The notes under the pieces were generated by a model that saw only the letters and a list, made by a program, of their open reading frames with translations, made no database searches and was not told where the DNA came from. A stretch of 64,000 nt of DNA from Thermoanaerobaculia bacterium (lineage in GTDB: Bacteria > Acidobacteriota > Thermoanaerobaculia > Multivoradales > DATKCC01). Of the stretch, positions 62,074-64,000 are shown piece after piece (within the stretch, counting starts at the first letter, position 1; each line of letters opens with the position of its first letter). The stretch covers positions 12,795-76,794 of the forward strand of contig JANRLG010000029.1 in assembly GCA_033762835.1 (NCBI GenBank), read 5' to 3'. The position numbers and the translations under genes are program-made.

Positions 62074-64000
62074 CGACAAGCCGGCACCGGGCGATTGGAG
62101 CACGGCGGACTGGTACCGTCTCGACGAACTGTACGCTTCCTGCCTGGAGCTGCCGGCGACCGAACGGCTGGGCAAAATCGGCGCCTTGCGCGCCCATGAG
62201 CCGCTGCTGGCCAATCGGCTCGAGGCCCTGCTCGAGGCGGATCAGCTCGCCAGCCGTTTTCTCGAGCAACCTGCGGCCCTGCTGCTCGATCCCGAGTTCG
62301 CGGGAGAGCTGACCGGGCGCTCGATCGGGCCTTACCGCATCGAGTCCCACCTGGGCGCCGGCGGCATGGGCACGGTCTACCGCGCCCGCCACGAGGACGA
62401 GCGGCTCGACCGCGTGGTGGCGCTCAAGCTGATCCGGGCCGGCGCTCGCGGAGACCTCGAGTTCCAACGCCGCTTCGAACGCGAATGTCGCATCCTCGCC
62501 GGCCTCGAGCACCCCGGCATCGCCCGGCTCTACGACGGCGGTACGAGTGCCGACGGCGTGGCCTATCTCGTCATGGAGTACGTCGATGGTCGGCCCATCG
62601 ACGGCTACTGTCGGGAGCATCGGCTCGGTGTCACGGAGATCTTGCGGCTGTTCGTGAAGGTCGGAGAGGCCGTGGCGTTCGCCCACGCCAACCTCGTCGT
62701 TCATCGCGACCTCAAGACCGGCAACATTCTCGTTGCCGCGAACGGCGAGCCGAAGCTGCTCGACTTCGGCATCGCGGCGTCGTTGGCCGAGACAACCGCC
62801 GAGCCCGCGGCAGACGCCAACGCCCCGCAGCCGCGCACGCCGGCCTACGCCGCCCCCGAGCAGCTCTCCGCGGGCCAGCCGACGCCGGCCACGGACGTCT
62901 ATTCGCTCGGGGTGGTGCTCTACCAATTGCTGACCGGCCAGCTGCCGCTGTCTCCCGCGGGGAAGACGCCCGAGGAGCACGATCGGGCACTGCTCGAGCA
63001 GGTGCCCGAGGCACCCAGCCGTGCCGTGCTGACCGTGCCGGGCCCGCTCGATGCCGCCGCCCGCCGCCTGCGCGCTCGGCAGCTGAGCGGGGATCTCGAC
63101 GCCATTCTCGCCAAGGCCCTGGTGAAGTCTCCGGCGGATCGCTACCCCACGGCGGCGGCGCTGACCGAAGACCTGGTGCGGCATCTCGAGTTTCGGCCGG
63201 TGGTCGCCCGGCCCGCGACGCCGGGCTATCGGGTGCGCCGCTTCTGCCGCCGCTTCCGGGTACAGGTCGCCGCTGCCGCCCTCGTGGCTTTGGCGCTCGT
63301 CGGCACCGCCGTGACGACCACGCTCCAGGCCCGGCGCATCGCCCAAGAGCGCGACCGCGCCCTGGCCGCGCAACGCGCCGCCGAACAGGAGCGAGACCGC
63401 GCCGAACGCACGTCGAACCTGGTCACGGACATTTTCGAAGGGGTGGATCTCTCGGCAACCCAAGGCCCGGACGCCCTCGACCGGGTGCTCAGTGCCGTGC
63501 GCAGAAATCTCCTCGACTTCCGTGACCCCGGGGTCGCCAAGGCCGCGGCGCTGTCGTCGCTGGCCGAGGTGCACAATGACCTCGGCCGGTCGGAAGCCGC
63601 CGACGAGTTGCTCGTCGCCTCCCTCGCCCTCACGGCCAATGCTGCTCCCGGCACGGCCGAAGCCCTCGAGCGCATCCGCGCACAGGTCGTGCAGGCCGAG
63701 GTGCTGCTCGGGCGCCGTCAGCCCCGGGAGGCCGAAGCGCTCGCCCGCCGGGCGCATGACGAGCTGATGGCCTCGAGTACTCCTCCTGCAGGTCTCGTGG
63801 CGATGGCGAAGAATCACTTGGCACTGTCGCTGCTCTCCCTGGACCGGACGGAGGAAGGTGAGCGCCTGTTGTCCGAGGCGGTGCTTCTCGTCGAGGCTCA
63901 TCCAGATCGCGCCGAAGCCAGCTATGCCCAGATTCTCCACAACCATGCCTCGGCGGCTCTGCGGCGAGGAGATCTCCAGTTGGCCCGAGAGCGGTTCGAG
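62066..64000 (+). CDS. Hanks-type Ser/Thr protein kinase with TM and C-terminal TPR-like region; 3' end beyond window
   Basis: GxGxxG loop (LGAGGMGTVY), VALK, HRDLKTGNIL, DFGIA, APE motifs. A hydrophobic helix after the kinase domain. Confidence 0.8.
   Translation, partial: MIDDKPAPGDWSTADWYRLDELYASCLELPATERLGKIGALRAHEPLLANRLEALLEADQLASRFLEQPAALLLDPEFAGELTGRSIGPYRIESHLGAGGMGTVYRARHEDERLDRVVALKLIRAGARGDLEFQRRFERECRILAGLEHPGIARLYDGGTSADGVAYLVMEYVDGRPIDGYCREHRLGVTEILRLFVKVGEAVAFAHANLVVHRDLKTGNILVAANGEPKLLDFGIAASLAETTAEPAADANAPQPRTPAYAAPEQLSAGQPTPATDVYSLGVVLYQLLTGQLPLSPAGKTPEEHDRALLEQVPEAPSRAVLTVPGPLDAAARRLRARQLSGDLDAILAKALVKSPADRYPTAAALTEDLVRHLEFRPVVARPATPGYRVRRFCRRFRVQVAAAALVALALVGTAVTTTLQARRIAQERDRALAAQRAAEQERDRAERTSNLVTDIFEGVDLSATQGPDALDRVLSAVRRNLLDFRDPGVAKAAALSSLAEVHNDLGRSEAADELLVASLALTANAAPGTAEALERIRAQVVQAEVLLGRRQPREAEALARRAHDELMASSTPPAGLVAMAKNHLALSLLSLDRTEEGERLLSEAVLLVEAHPDRAEASYAQILHNHASAALRRGDLQLARERFE

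Noticed and set aside
62070-62312. 80-aa ORF (TTG start) listed downstream of the sigma factor
   Set aside because: Alternative frame of the Ser/Thr kinase N-terminus. The kinase frame (ATG 62066) carries the GxGxxG and VALK motifs.

Overview
This is a 64 kb segment of a high-GC (roughly 68-70%) chromosome from what looks like a diderm bacterium: it carries an mreB-mreC-mreD-mrdA-rodA-rng block and a TonB-dependent receptor. Three sections stand out.

The left third (1-19.8 kb) is core genome. It holds a 3'-truncated selA (selenocysteine synthase) at the window edge, hypothetical and TPR proteins, a lipopolysaccharide-kinase-like domain fused to a glycoside-hydrolase-like domain, RNase G, the rod-shape operon, a FecR-like membrane protein, a methyl-accepting chemotaxis protein (MCP), a metallophosphoesterase fused to a multi-pass membrane domain, and an ABC-2 transporter.

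The middle (19.8-46.6 kb) looks accessory and mosaic, and is the part most worth attention. It contains:
- an XRE-family regulator, small secreted and helical-repeat hypotheticals, and a frameshifted gene;
- a 1680-aa Sec-signal RHS/YD-repeat polymorphic toxin. GC content drops exactly at its DPxGL core/C-terminal-toxin junction. The C-terminal toxin domain is Gly/Ser/Thr/Cys-rich with glycine-zipper motifs. It is followed by a homologous orphan toxin cassette and three small multi-pass membrane proteins (immunity candidates). An 18-bp direct repeat spanning stop and start codons marks the cassette junctions.
- immediately downstream, a class I lanthipeptide cluster in an unusual order: a candidate 62-aa precursor, then lanC, then lanB translationally coupled to it. 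A HlyD-family lipoprotein adaptor, a MacB-type ABC ATPase and two FtsX permeases follow. No LanT or LanP is present.
- a decayed mobile region: an ORF with four in-frame TAG codons, and nested IS21-family elements. The inner element has about 35-bp terminal inverted repeats and sits inside the istA gene of the outer element.

The right third (46.8-64 kb) returns to backbone composition. It holds DUF2892, a CNNM/TlyC-family transporter, pckA, a GDYXXLXY/DUF2157 pair, a secreted prolyl oligopeptidase, a HExxH membrane protein, a TonB-dependent receptor, purE-purK, a large multi-pass membrane protein, and an ECF-type sigma factor overlapping a Hanks Ser/Thr kinase that runs off the window.

Coordinates are approximate to within a few bases, and several start codons are uncertain.
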